From: a virus
Taxonomy: Duplodnaviria; Caudoviricetes
Direction: 5' to 3' (one strand)
DNA length: 47,018 bases
IMG/VR virus record: IMGVR_UViG_3300017700_000722
Coordinates: 1-47,018 of that record
In this document: piece by piece, positions 8,488 through 16,845 of the stretch
How the letters are laid out: every line of letters begins with the position of its first letter
How positions within the stretch are numbered: position 1 is the stretch's first letter
Translations under genes and position numbers: made by a program
Notes under the pieces: generated by a model
The model's database searches: none
What the model was told of the DNA's origin: nothing
The model's input: only the letters and a program-made list of their open reading frames with translations

Positions 8488-8870
8488 TCCGGTTCGGCGA
8501 GGCCTCCGCGTTCTGGGCTACCCCCGCCGTCGAGGCGGAGATTTGGGGGCGTGCCTTCGCGGTGTGCCTGGCTCGCGGGCAATCGATCCCGTTCGCGGGT
8601 GAACAAGCGGATCTCTCTGTGCTCGAGTTACGCAAGCGATACGCCGCCCCCGTCGCGCTGCTCACGGGTGACACGGAGCCCCCGCCCTCGGGGCGGTCGC
8701 GAATCGTGTGCGTTGAGTGTGACGCTGAGATCGACGGCGAAAAGCTGAAACTGTATTGCGCGGAATGTGCCCCCGTCGCAATCGAGCGTGAGCCCCGCCC
8801 GTGCGTGCGCCCGCCGCTGCTCGATCGCCCCGAGCCGCCGACGTCTAGCGCTGGCGGGGGTGAGTCGTGA
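8484..8870 (+). CDS. Zn-ribbon hypothetical protein
   Basis: CVEC...YCAEC. Confidence 0.6.
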   Translation: MIRFGEASAFWATPAVEAEIWGRAFAVCLARGQSIPFAGEQADLSVLELRKRYAAPVALLTGDTEPPPSGRSRIVCVECDAEIDGEKLKLYCAECAPVAIEREPRPCVRPPLLDRPEPPTSSAGGGES

Positions 8871-9058
8871 TCATTGGCTACGGCGTGCGTGACCGACTCG
8901 ATCGCCCGCTCCGTCGCGGGTGGGAAACCTCGGAAGCACCCTTCGCGGGCACGTTGGGGATCTGGACCACGACCAAAGAACAAGAGGCAATCGCGGCCGT
9001 CGAGCGCTTCCCTCCCGCCGTCGGAGCTCGCGTCGTGGTCGTGAGGCTCGGGCAATGA
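8867..9058 (+). CDS. Hypothetical protein
   Basis: 4-nt overlaps on both sides. Confidence 0.55.
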   Translation: MIIGYGVRDRLDRPLRRGWETSEAPFAGTLGIWTTTKEQEAIAAVERFPPAVGARVVVVRLGQ

Positions 9059-9240
9059 GCGGCGAGCAGCCCGACGGCGAAGGCGTGGAAATCCGTTGCT
9101 CGTGCGGGCATCGGTTCCAAGTGCCGCAATGGATCATCGACACGGCGCAGGCCTTCCGCCCGCGCCCGCCTTACCTTCAATCAACGTGCCCGAATTGCAA
9201 GGCGAGCCATCGTGCGAAGCTCGACCCCGCCCCCGCGTAA
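9055..9240 (+). CDS. Small Zn-ribbon protein
   Basis: IRCSCGHRF...TCPNCK. Confidence 0.65.
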   Translation: MSGEQPDGEGVEIRCSCGHRFQVPQWIIDTAQAFRPRPPYLQSTCPNCKASHRAKLDPAPA

Positions 9241-9499
9241 ATGCATCGGGTGGGCCCATTGCGAAGCTTGCAGGCCCGGCCGTCCACGTTGTCAATTACG
9301 AGCTCGTGAGTCGAGCTCCGAGACCGCCCGTAAATACCGCGTGTGCTACTGCGGTCGGGTTCACTGGCCACACCGCTTAGGCTACTGCGAGAGCGGCGCG
9401 GCGGACCGTTACGAGAATGCGAGGATCTATGGCCCACCCCCCGAGCCCCTACCGGAAACCAGCGAAAGCCCCCGAGCCCATTCCGTGGGCGGGCTGTAA
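9212..9499 (+). CDS. Cys/His-rich small protein; start uncertain
   Basis: CEAC..C and CYCG..HWPH..C. Confidence 0.45.
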   Translation: MRSSTPPPRKCIGWAHCEACRPGRPRCQLRARESSSETARKYRVCYCGRVHWPHRLGYCESGAADRYENARIYGPPPEPLPETSESPRAHSVGGL

Positions 9500-9610
9500 C
9501 CACGAGGCCTACGTTTTGCGCTGCTATGGCGTTTCGCGCCCGTGCTCGCTTTGCGCGCAGCCCCCGCCGCTTCGCATGCCGCCGCCTCCGATGGATCGGA
9601 AGGATTGACG

Positions 9611-9910
9611 ATGCCTTACGATCGTCATCGAGGGTGGTTCGCTGAGCTCTTCCAAATCGACGTGTATTACACGCCCGTCGAGAGTGCGCGCGCCGACTCA
9701 TTCCACATCAACGAATATGACGCCCCGATCATGGGTGCGGCGCCCGCTCTCAACTTTCTCGATCGCCTGCGCGTCGCGGTCATTTCGCGTGCCAAGTCGA
9801 GCGACGCAAGCGCGCGTGTGATCGCCTATCGCATCCTCCCGCGCACCCGCGAGCGAATGCGCTACGTCGATCGTCTCGTTCGGCTCGACGGCGGCGATCT
9901 CACGCTATGA
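9611..9910 (+). CDS. Hypothetical protein
   Basis: AAGGA RBS before ATG 9611; ATGA overlap with the nuclease gene. Confidence 0.6.
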   Translation: MPYDRHRGWFAELFQIDVYYTPVESARADSFHINEYDAPIMGAAPALNFLDRLRVAVISRAKSSDASARVIAYRILPRTRERMRYVDRLVRLDGGDLTL

Positions 9911-11610
9911 GGATTTCGGGCTCAACGATCGGAAGCTTTCGGCGTTGCCCGAGGATCTTCTATTTCGAGCAGGTTGTAGGTTTCTGCAATGCGCCGCCTA
10001 CACTTGCGGGCGTCACGAAAGAGCTATCCCGGATCGATCCCGTCGGGTTCCTTCCTGTGCCGAATGGCTCGGGCCTTTACCACCCGCTCGCCGTCCCGCT
10101 TTGGCTGCGAGTGCTCGAGATCACATCGGGGCGGGGCGAGCCCATTACCCGTGCCGACTTGCTAGCGATCCGGGTAATGCCCGCGACGCATCGAGGCACC
10201 CTCGTTCACGCTGCGCTTGAGCGTTGGTTCAATGGCGGGCACCTCGACCCCCTTCGCAACCCGATTGACGCAATCGCGTTCGAGGCCCTCCCGTTCCTCC
10301 CGCCACGGAACGCGCCAGGAATTACGACCGAATCGGAATTCGTGCTCGAAATCGACGGCGTGGCTTGGAATGGCCGAACCGACCTCGAGACCGCGGAAGA
10401 GCTATTCGATCATAAAACGACCAAAGATAAGGAATACGCCAAGATCGTTTGCGAGGAATCCGGGCCCGTAGCCTCGCCGTGCCTGAACGACGGGCGCGAC
10501 GATGACACCCCTACATGCTTGCTTTGCCACGATCTCCAGTGCGCGCTTTACAGCCTTAAGAAAATGATTGCGCGGGGGGTGGAAACGCTCCGCATCCGTT
10601 GGAATTACTTGATCACGAAATGGGGCAAGGGCCTCGACGGCGAACCCAAGATCCGGTGTATTTCCCGAGCGGGCACCATTACGAGGGCCCGAGCTCTCGC
10701 GGTCGTGCGTAATGCAAATAACGACGCCCGCAATGCAAAGACACTTGCAATCCACCCGTCACACCTTACAGTGCCATTCAACCCGAACGGTTGCCGCGCC
10801 TTTGGAGGGTGCGACTTTGAACCGATCTGCAACCTAACCTCAGACCAGAAACTAGAGGCTCTCATGTCTACCGCTCCGATGACCCTTCCCCCGTTCCCTG
10901 GCTCGACTCCCGCTCCCGCGATCACTTGGGGCCCGCACCCCGATCCCGCCACGGCCGCAAAGGGCGTTGTCGTGAGCTCCGACCGCGCTTACATGAGAGA
11001 CCCGAGCGGCAATCTCTACAGCTGCGCCGACGGTCGCACGTTCCTCGCAACGCAACTCCCGCCCGAGCTCGCCGCCTACGCGTTGAATGCCGCGCCGCCG
11101 CCCGACCCGTTCGCGAACCTCCCGACACTTCCGGGTGTGCCGCAATCGCCCGCGCAAGCTTCCGCGTCGACCACGACCACGGAGGCGCCCGCCGTCGAGC
11201 AGGTTGCCCCGCGCAAGCGTGGACGCCCCAAGGGCTCGGGGAAAGCAGGCACGGCCGAGACTCCGCCGACCACGGCCGCGCCGAGCCTCGACGCCCTCAC
11301 GGCCGCGACCAACGCCGCGTACCTCGCAGCCAATCCCGAGGCAGCGGCCCGAATCTCGGCGCAGCCTGGCGGCGCGGAGGCGATTGCAAAGCTGCAAGCC
11401 ACAGTCCAGCAAGGCGCATACATGAATGGCAGCGTGGACACTCCGCCGCCGAACATGCCGCCGCCTCCCGGCGGAGCTCCGACGACGACCGCCGAGATCG
11501 CGGAGGATTCCGCGTTGCGCGCCGCCCTCAACGTGAAAGAGAAACTCTTTCTCGCGGCGCCGCACCTCCGCGCCATCGCTGACATTTGGGAAGGCAAGGT
11601 GACGAAATGA
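9907..11610 (+). CDS. PD-(D/E)xK Cas4/AddB-like exonuclease fused to a Pro/Ala/Thr-rich tail with an AT-hook
   Basis: SGSTI..FRRCPR, GTLVHAALE, GRTD, DHKT, Q..LY and C..FGGC.F..IC (Fe-S staple pattern); tail contains PRKRGRPKGSGK. Confidence 0.85.
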   Translation: MRISGSTIGSFRRCPRIFYFEQVVGFCNAPPTLAGVTKELSRIDPVGFLPVPNGSGLYHPLAVPLWLRVLEITSGRGEPITRADLLAIRVMPATHRGTLVHAALERWFNGGHLDPLRNPIDAIAFEALPFLPPRNAPGITTESEFVLEIDGVAWNGRTDLETAEELFDHKTTKDKEYAKIVCEESGPVASPCLNDGRDDDTPTCLLCHDLQCALYSLKKMIARGVETLRIRWNYLITKWGKGLDGEPKIRCISRAGTITRARALAVVRNANNDARNAKTLAIHPSHLTVPFNPNGCRAFGGCDFEPICNLTSDQKLEALMSTAPMTLPPFPGSTPAPAITWGPHPDPATAAKGVVVSSDRAYMRDPSGNLYSCADGRTFLATQLPPELAAYALNAAPPPDPFANLPTLPGVPQSPAQASASTTTTEAPAVEQVAPRKRGRPKGSGKAGTAETPPTTAAPSLDALTAATNAAYLAANPEAAARISAQPGGAEAIAKLQATVQQGAYMNGSVDTPPPNMPPPPGGAPTTTAEIAEDSALRAALNVKEKLFLAAPHLRAIADIWEGKVTK

Positions 11611-12158
11611 GCTCCCGTCGACTGTTCAAGCTCGACTTGCTCGACGCGGTGCTCGAGTCGATTCCGCCTCGTGAGCATGCAACCGACGGCGAGCGAATGG
11701 CGCTGCTTTGGGATCGTCTCGGGATCATCGCGGATCTGCTCGACGCCGCTTCGCTCGCAGCCATGCGCGGCATGAGCGCGAATGCGATTCTCGAGGCAAT
11801 GCGCGCGGACCGCGGAGCGGAAGACGTCGCACTCGAGCACGAGCATTCGCGCCAGGCAGTGAACGAGGTTCGCAAGCGGAACGACTTTGCCTCCGCTGGC
11901 GGAATGCGCGTCGGCGTCGATCTCGCTCGCCCTGGCTCGCGCGACCATACCGCGATGGTCATCATCGACGATCCGATCAAACCGGGTTATTCCCCGGTCG
12001 ACGGCGCACGAGCCGCCGCGTGGTTCGAGCAGGCCCTCGCACCGAAACCCGGGCGTCGATTCGGCGGAACGATCGTCGTCAACGGCGCGCGCCCATTCGA
12101 TGCCAACGATCCGATCAAGGCAATGCTCGATCAGATCATCCGCGACGCTGCGAAATGA
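11607..12158 (+). CDS. Hypothetical protein containing terminase large-subunit-like fragments
   Basis: VGVDLARPGSRDHTAM and VIIDDPIKP...W...GTIVV..R...NDP; the phage TerL has VIDDPIKP...W...RVMIMQRIHEDDP. Confidence 0.7.
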   Translation: MSSRRLFKLDLLDAVLESIPPREHATDGERMALLWDRLGIIADLLDAASLAAMRGMSANAILEAMRADRGAEDVALEHEHSRQAVNEVRKRNDFASAGGMRVGVDLARPGSRDHTAMVIIDDPIKPGYSPVDGARAAAWFEQALAPKPGRRFGGTIVVNGARPFDANDPIKAMLDQIIRDAAK

Positions 12159-13969
12159 GCGAGCCCGCGGCGTGGGAGGATCTCGATCTCAAGGCAGGGG
12201 CGCCCGTGCGGCGCTTCGCTTGGGATCACGAGGTGCAAGCTACGAGTGAGCTGCGCCGAATCATCAACATCCCACGCCGCATTTACACCCCCGAGAACGA
12301 GGCTGCGATCGTTTCAACCTACACCGGGTGGTTACGTAAGCCCTCGAGCGATTGGACGCTACACGCGCAACAAGCCGTACCGTTGCACGAGGCGCGCACC
12401 TACGGCGGGTTTTTCGGAAACATCTATGCGGGCGGCGGTAAGACGCTGCTTAGCGGGTTGTTGCCGATGGTCGGCGAGGCGCGAAATCCTGTGCTGCTCA
12501 CGGAGTCGGGCCTACTTGAAAAGACCTCCCGGGAAATGCGTGAGCTCGACGGAAAGTTTCACGTGTGCACCTGGCTCCGCACGCTCGGATATAGCGCCCT
12601 CGGGCGTGCCTCGTATTACGCGGAGTATGACCCCGAAACCAAGCTCCCGATCCCGGAGTCAGGGCTACTCGAACGAATCGATCCGGATTGGCTGATCGCT
12701 GATGAATGCTTCGCCCTCGCGAACAAGAAATCCGCCGTCACCCAACGCGTGATCAACTTTCTCGAGGCGCGCTTGCGCGCTGGTCGGCGCGTCAAGTTCT
12801 GTGCCTTCTCGGGCACGATCACGAACAATTCGATCCTGAGCTACGCGCACCTCATTCGCTACACGACGCCGCGGGCTTGGTGCTGGCTCCCTGGCAATCG
12901 CCTCGAATTGTGGGAGTGGCATAAGGCGATCGATAAAGAGGAAGTTGGGCCCGGCGCACTCGTGCAAGGGCTCGGCGCCGCGAGCTACAATATCGCCGAC
13001 GTGCGCCGCGCCTACGCGGACCGCATGATCGCAACGCCTACCGTGTACCTCACGAAAGAGGGCGAGGCCGGAAGCTCACTCGAATTCCGCGAGCAGCTGC
13101 TCGAATATCCCCCCGAGGTCGCGAACGCATTTACGCCGCTCCGCAAAGATTGGGAAATGCCCGATGGCTGGCGATTGGAAGACGCGCCGCTAGTGTGGGC
13201 TCACGCGCAACAACTCTCGCTCGGGTTCTACATGGCGCACACGCCGCGCCCTCCCATCCCGTGGGCGGAGGCCCGCTCCGTGTGGGCGGCTTGGTGCCGA
13301 CACATTCTCACTTACAACCGGCGCAACCTTGAGAGCGAGTTGCAGGTAACCAATTCGGTCGACGCGGGTAACGAGGATCCCGAGGCGTGGAAAGCCTTGC
13401 AGGCCTGGCGCGCAGTGCGCCCCACGTTCGAGAGCAAATCCAAAGCGGTTTGGATCTCCGATGTGGGATTGCGGACCGTGCGAGATTTTCTAGCGAAGGC
13501 GGAACGCCCGACGCTGGTTTGGGTCAATCATACGGATTTCGGCGAGGCCTGCGCGCAATGGTGCGGAGTGCCCTACTTCGGTCAAAAAGGCTTGACGCGG
13601 GACGGCCGTTACATTGAAGATCACAACGGACATGCAATCCTCTCTCATCGTGCGAACGAGAAGGGGCGCAACCTCCAACATAGGTGGGCCGACAACCTCG
13701 TAACCTTCGCCGCGCCTGGCGGCGCACACACGGAGCAACTCGTAGCGCGCACGCACCGCTACGGACAGAAAGCGGATGTGGTAAACGTGACTTTCCTTAT
13801 CGGGTGCTGCGAGCACATCGCGGGCCTTGATAAGGCGGAACGGGAAGCGCATTACGCACAAGATACGATGCGCCAGCCGCAACGCCTCGTTTACGGAAAT
13901 CTCACCCGCTCGATCTCCCGCAAGTTCGCAGGCAATCGCGCGGAGCATCGATGGTTCAAAGAAAGGTGA
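12155..13969 (+). CDS. Superfamily 2 (SNF2-like) helicase
   Basis: Walker A AGGGKT, Walker B IADE, motif III SGT, motif V GRNLQ, motif VI EQLVARTHRYGQ. Confidence 0.88.
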   Translation: MSEPAAWEDLDLKAGAPVRRFAWDHEVQATSELRRIINIPRRIYTPENEAAIVSTYTGWLRKPSSDWTLHAQQAVPLHEARTYGGFFGNIYAGGGKTLLSGLLPMVGEARNPVLLTESGLLEKTSREMRELDGKFHVCTWLRTLGYSALGRASYYAEYDPETKLPIPESGLLERIDPDWLIADECFALANKKSAVTQRVINFLEARLRAGRRVKFCAFSGTITNNSILSYAHLIRYTTPRAWCWLPGNRLELWEWHKAIDKEEVGPGALVQGLGAASYNIADVRRAYADRMIATPTVYLTKEGEAGSSLEFREQLLEYPPEVANAFTPLRKDWEMPDGWRLEDAPLVWAHAQQLSLGFYMAHTPRPPIPWAEARSVWAAWCRHILTYNRRNLESELQVTNSVDAGNEDPEAWKALQAWRAVRPTFESKSKAVWISDVGLRTVRDFLAKAERPTLVWVNHTDFGEACAQWCGVPYFGQKGLTRDGRYIEDHNGHAILSHRANEKGRNLQHRWADNLVTFAAPGGAHTEQLVARTHRYGQKADVVNVTFLIGCCEHIAGLDKAEREAHYAQDTMRQPQRLVYGNLTRSISRKFAGNRAEHRWFKER

Positions 13970-13975
13970 CACGTC

Positions 13976-14854
13976 ATGGCTAACACTGAAAATTGGAGCA
14001 ACGCGATTCGATCGGTAAACGCCCTCGGGAACGAGGCTGCAACGGCGATCGACTCGCTCAAGGTTTCCGAGACCTCCCGCGAGCAGCAACGGAAGACGAT
14101 CGAGCAGCTGCAAGAGGAAAAGCGGCGGCTCGAAAATGACCTCGCGGCGGAGGTCAAGAGCAACGGGACGTGGGAGACCAACAACCGGGAGCAATTCAAC
14201 AAGATTCGGCGCGCCGCTGCTCTCGAGTTTGCGGACAATCGCCCGCCGCTCTCGTGGGATGACCTCGCGAACCGCATTCAGATCATGCGTTCGGCGCGTT
14301 GCGCGGGCACCACAGGAACGAATCAACACACCTGCTACGTCGATCCCGAGCTCGCCACCCTCCGCGAGAAAGCCGCCGACGCAATCGCGGAAACGAATCG
14401 GATCCGCGAGGCAGCCACCAAGATGGATCGCGAGCGGTTCGAGTCGATCGCCATTGCCGCGGGCTTCTATGACGAACGCACGCGCCCGCGGAATTGGGAA
14501 GAGCTCGCCGACGGGATCCGCACCATGCGCGCAAAGCCTTTCGAGCCTCCGCCCGTCGTCAACACGACGATCACGGTAAACGGGTTCGAGGGTCCGAACG
14601 CCGAGCAGCTCAAGGCGGCGCTCGACGATTACGTCGATGCTGCTACGCGGGCCCTCATTCCCGACACGTCGTGCCGCTCCGCCGCCGCGGAGATCCGCGG
14701 GCAGAAAAACGAGCGGTCGCGCGCCGTGCGCATGCTCCGAGAGTTTGCCCGCAACCTCGAGCGAGGGGTGGGCACGAACGAGAAAGAATTTACACGCAAC
14801 GTCAAAGCCGCCGCGCTGTATCGCGCCGCGGATGCAATCGAAGGAACGGAGTGA
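13976..14854 (+). CDS. Coiled-coil protein with an internal duplicated module
   Basis: REQFNKIRRAA...RPPLSWDDLANRIQIMR vs RERFESIAIAA...RPRNWEELADGIRTMR. Confidence 0.75.
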   Translation: MANTENWSNAIRSVNALGNEAATAIDSLKVSETSREQQRKTIEQLQEEKRRLENDLAAEVKSNGTWETNNREQFNKIRRAAALEFADNRPPLSWDDLANRIQIMRSARCAGTTGTNQHTCYVDPELATLREKAADAIAETNRIREAATKMDRERFESIAIAAGFYDERTRPRNWEELADGIRTMRAKPFEPPPVVNTTITVNGFEGPNAEQLKAALDDYVDAATRALIPDTSCRSAAAEIRGQKNERSRAVRMLREFARNLERGVGTNEKEFTRNVKAAALYRAADAIEGTE

Positions 14855-15246
14855 TCAGCATGGTAATTTTCAGAGGCATCCTAGGCGCAGCAATCAAAGC
14901 AATCCCCGACGGCCCCAAGCGGCGCGTGTTCTTCGCCACGGCGATCGACTTGTTCGAGACCCACGGCCCCAAGTCGTTCGACGCCCACGACTACGAGCAC
15001 ATCGATGACGAATTCGATTCGCTGCTCGAGGCGCGGCCGTTGCCGTTCAAGCCCACGCCCGAGCTCGCCGACGACGCCGAGCCCGCCAGCGAGCCGCCGC
15101 CCTCCGTGACGCGGGCGGAAGGCGAGGGGCTGCCCCCGCGCAAGCCCGCTGCCAAAGCCAAGCCCGCCCCGAAGAACGGCAAACCGGGAACCCTCGACGG
15201 GAAGCCCGCGAAGGCCCTCGACGACACGAACGGGGGTGAGTCATGA
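14851..15246 (+). CDS. Hypothetical protein
   Basis: GTGA overlap; helical N-terminal domain with a Pro/Lys-rich tail. Confidence 0.65.
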   Translation: MISMVIFRGILGAAIKAIPDGPKRRVFFATAIDLFETHGPKSFDAHDYEHIDDEFDSLLEARPLPFKPTPELADDAEPASEPPPSVTRAEGEGLPPRKPAAKAKPAPKNGKPGTLDGKPAKALDDTNGGES

Positions 15247-16277
15247 ATCAGCCCCCGCCCTTTGGCCCGCCCGCCGCCGCCGCGTGGGGGGCTCCCGCCG
15301 CCCCGCCACAGGCCTACGCGCAGCCGCCCGCCCCGCCAGGGTGGGGGCAGCCCCCGGGCCCTCCGCCGCCCGCGCAGCCGCAAGCGTGGGGCCCTCCACC
15401 CGCGCAGCCGCCCGCCGCACAGTGGGGCCCGCCTCCGGGGGCGCAGGGCGGCTATGCGCCCGCTGGCATGCCTCCCGCCGGGCCTCCGGGCCCTCCGCCC
15501 GCACAGTGGGGCGCGACCCCTCCCGCCCCCGTCCAAAGCGCTGGCGCGCTCATGGCGCAGGCGTGGGGGCCCGCTCCGCAAGCCATGCCCCCCATGGTCG
15601 CGGTTCCCGCCGCTGAGCACGATCTCAACTCCGCCAAAGATGAGGCGGATCGCTTCCCGCGCATCGAGGCGGGCGCAACGTGCGATTGCGTCGTCGAACG
15701 CGTGCACAAGGTGCCGACCCGTGGAAAGGGCGATTTCGTGGAATTCGTGTTCAAGGTGGTTCGCTCGAACCATCCGCGAATGCCCGTCGGTCACATGTGG
15801 AGTATCTTTCAATCCTGCTCGTTCGACGGGGTAGACAAGATTTTCCGCGGTATCGTGCTCGCGATCATGGGTTACTCGAAAGAAGATTTCGAGGCCCTCA
15901 AGGCGGCGGGCACGCCTCCCGACCTCAACGGAACTTGGCGCGCCATCCGCGAGCCTCACAACCCGGCGCACGGTCGCATGGTCCGCGCGACCGCGAAGAC
16001 CTCGATTGCAGGCCCGCGATCGAAGCACGCGGGTAAGGCGTTCACGGATGCGAAGCTCTCGAAATACATCGAGGGCGCGCCGCTTCCCGAGCTCGCCGCG
16101 GGAGCTCCCGCCGCGCAGGCAGCACCCCCGCCGCCTCCGCCCCCGCCTCCCGCACAATTCGCGGCGCCTCCCCCCGTTGGGCCCGCCGCACCCGTCACGC
16201 CGCTCCCGCCTCATCTTTGGCGGAACGACGCCGACGGTTCGATCTGGGATCTCAACACACGGAGTCGCGTCCAATGA
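15243..16277 (+). CDS. Putative single-stranded DNA-binding protein with Pro-rich termini
   Basis: Central beta-rich OB-fold-like core (RFPRIEAG..DCVVERV...FVEFVFKVV) located between helicase and polymerase genes; function is inferred. Confidence 0.55.
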   Translation: MNQPPPFGPPAAAAWGAPAAPPQAYAQPPAPPGWGQPPGPPPPAQPQAWGPPPAQPPAAQWGPPPGAQGGYAPAGMPPAGPPGPPPAQWGATPPAPVQSAGALMAQAWGPAPQAMPPMVAVPAAEHDLNSAKDEADRFPRIEAGATCDCVVERVHKVPTRGKGDFVEFVFKVVRSNHPRMPVGHMWSIFQSCSFDGVDKIFRGIVLAIMGYSKEDFEALKAAGTPPDLNGTWRAIREPHNPAHGRMVRATAKTSIAGPRSKHAGKAFTDAKLSKYIEGAPLPELAAGAPAAQAAPPPPPPPPPAQFAAPPPVGPAAPVTPLPPHLWRNDADGSIWDLNTRSRVQ

Positions 16278-16507
16278 AATTCTCGCCCTACGTTTCCAAG
16301 TCGGTCTATTCCAAGGTTGCCAGCGATCACAAGATCAAGGCATCGCAGATCCTCGAGCACAAGGACGCACGCGCGCAGGTGTTCAAGAGCTGCTATGAGG
16401 CGGGCCTCACGATGCTCGAGATCGCAACCCAATTCGATACGACGCCGCCGACGGTCTATCGAAACATGAAACGCGCCTACCCGAAGGAATTCCGCGGGCG
16501 CGCGTGA
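16274..16507 (+). CDS. Small helix-turn-helix protein
   Basis: GLTMLEIATQFDTTPPTVYRNMKR. Confidence 0.75.
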   Translation: MKFSPYVSKSVYSKVASDHKIKASQILEHKDARAQVFKSCYEAGLTMLEIATQFDTTPPTVYRNMKRAYPKEFRGRA

Positions 16508-16607
16508 GACGTGCGACACCCCTAGCCCAAAGCCATTGGTAGCCGGGTGTGGGATCGCAGAACGAGCGTAGGGTGCCCCGCTCCCTTGGAAATAGGGCAC
16601 CAATCTT

Positions 16608-16669
16608 CCCCACTAGGAGGCCCGCCCATCGAGGCGGGATCCGTCGTTCGATTCGGCGGGTGGGGGCCC
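16608..16669 (+). ncRNA. D-armless tRNA-like element A
   Basis: Acceptor CCCCACT/GGTGGGG; T-arm CGTCG-TTCGATT-CGGCG; central stem CCCGCC-CATCGA-GGCGGG; D arm replaced by AGGAGG. Confidence 0.6.
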
Positions 16670-16845
16670 GGGTGCTGAAACGATAGGCAGCCCGTTTGCA
16701 CATTCCACGACCAACGAAATCCGGGGCCTCATGTAGCAGTCGAGCGGGTGACGCCCGCGACCTCGCCGAAAAAAGGCAAAAGCAAAGCAGAGTGGGCCCG
16801 CACCCCTCGACCGTTCAGCGACTGTTTCAGGGGTGCGGGCATTTT

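Noticed and set aside
9907-10863. CRISPR-associated Cas4
   Set aside because: No other cas genes or array. Solo Cas4-like nucleases are common in phage replication modules.
11076-16274. Long - strand ORFs 11076..11948, 13490..14329 and 14991..16274
   Set aside because: They are antisense to well-supported, translationally coupled + strand genes.
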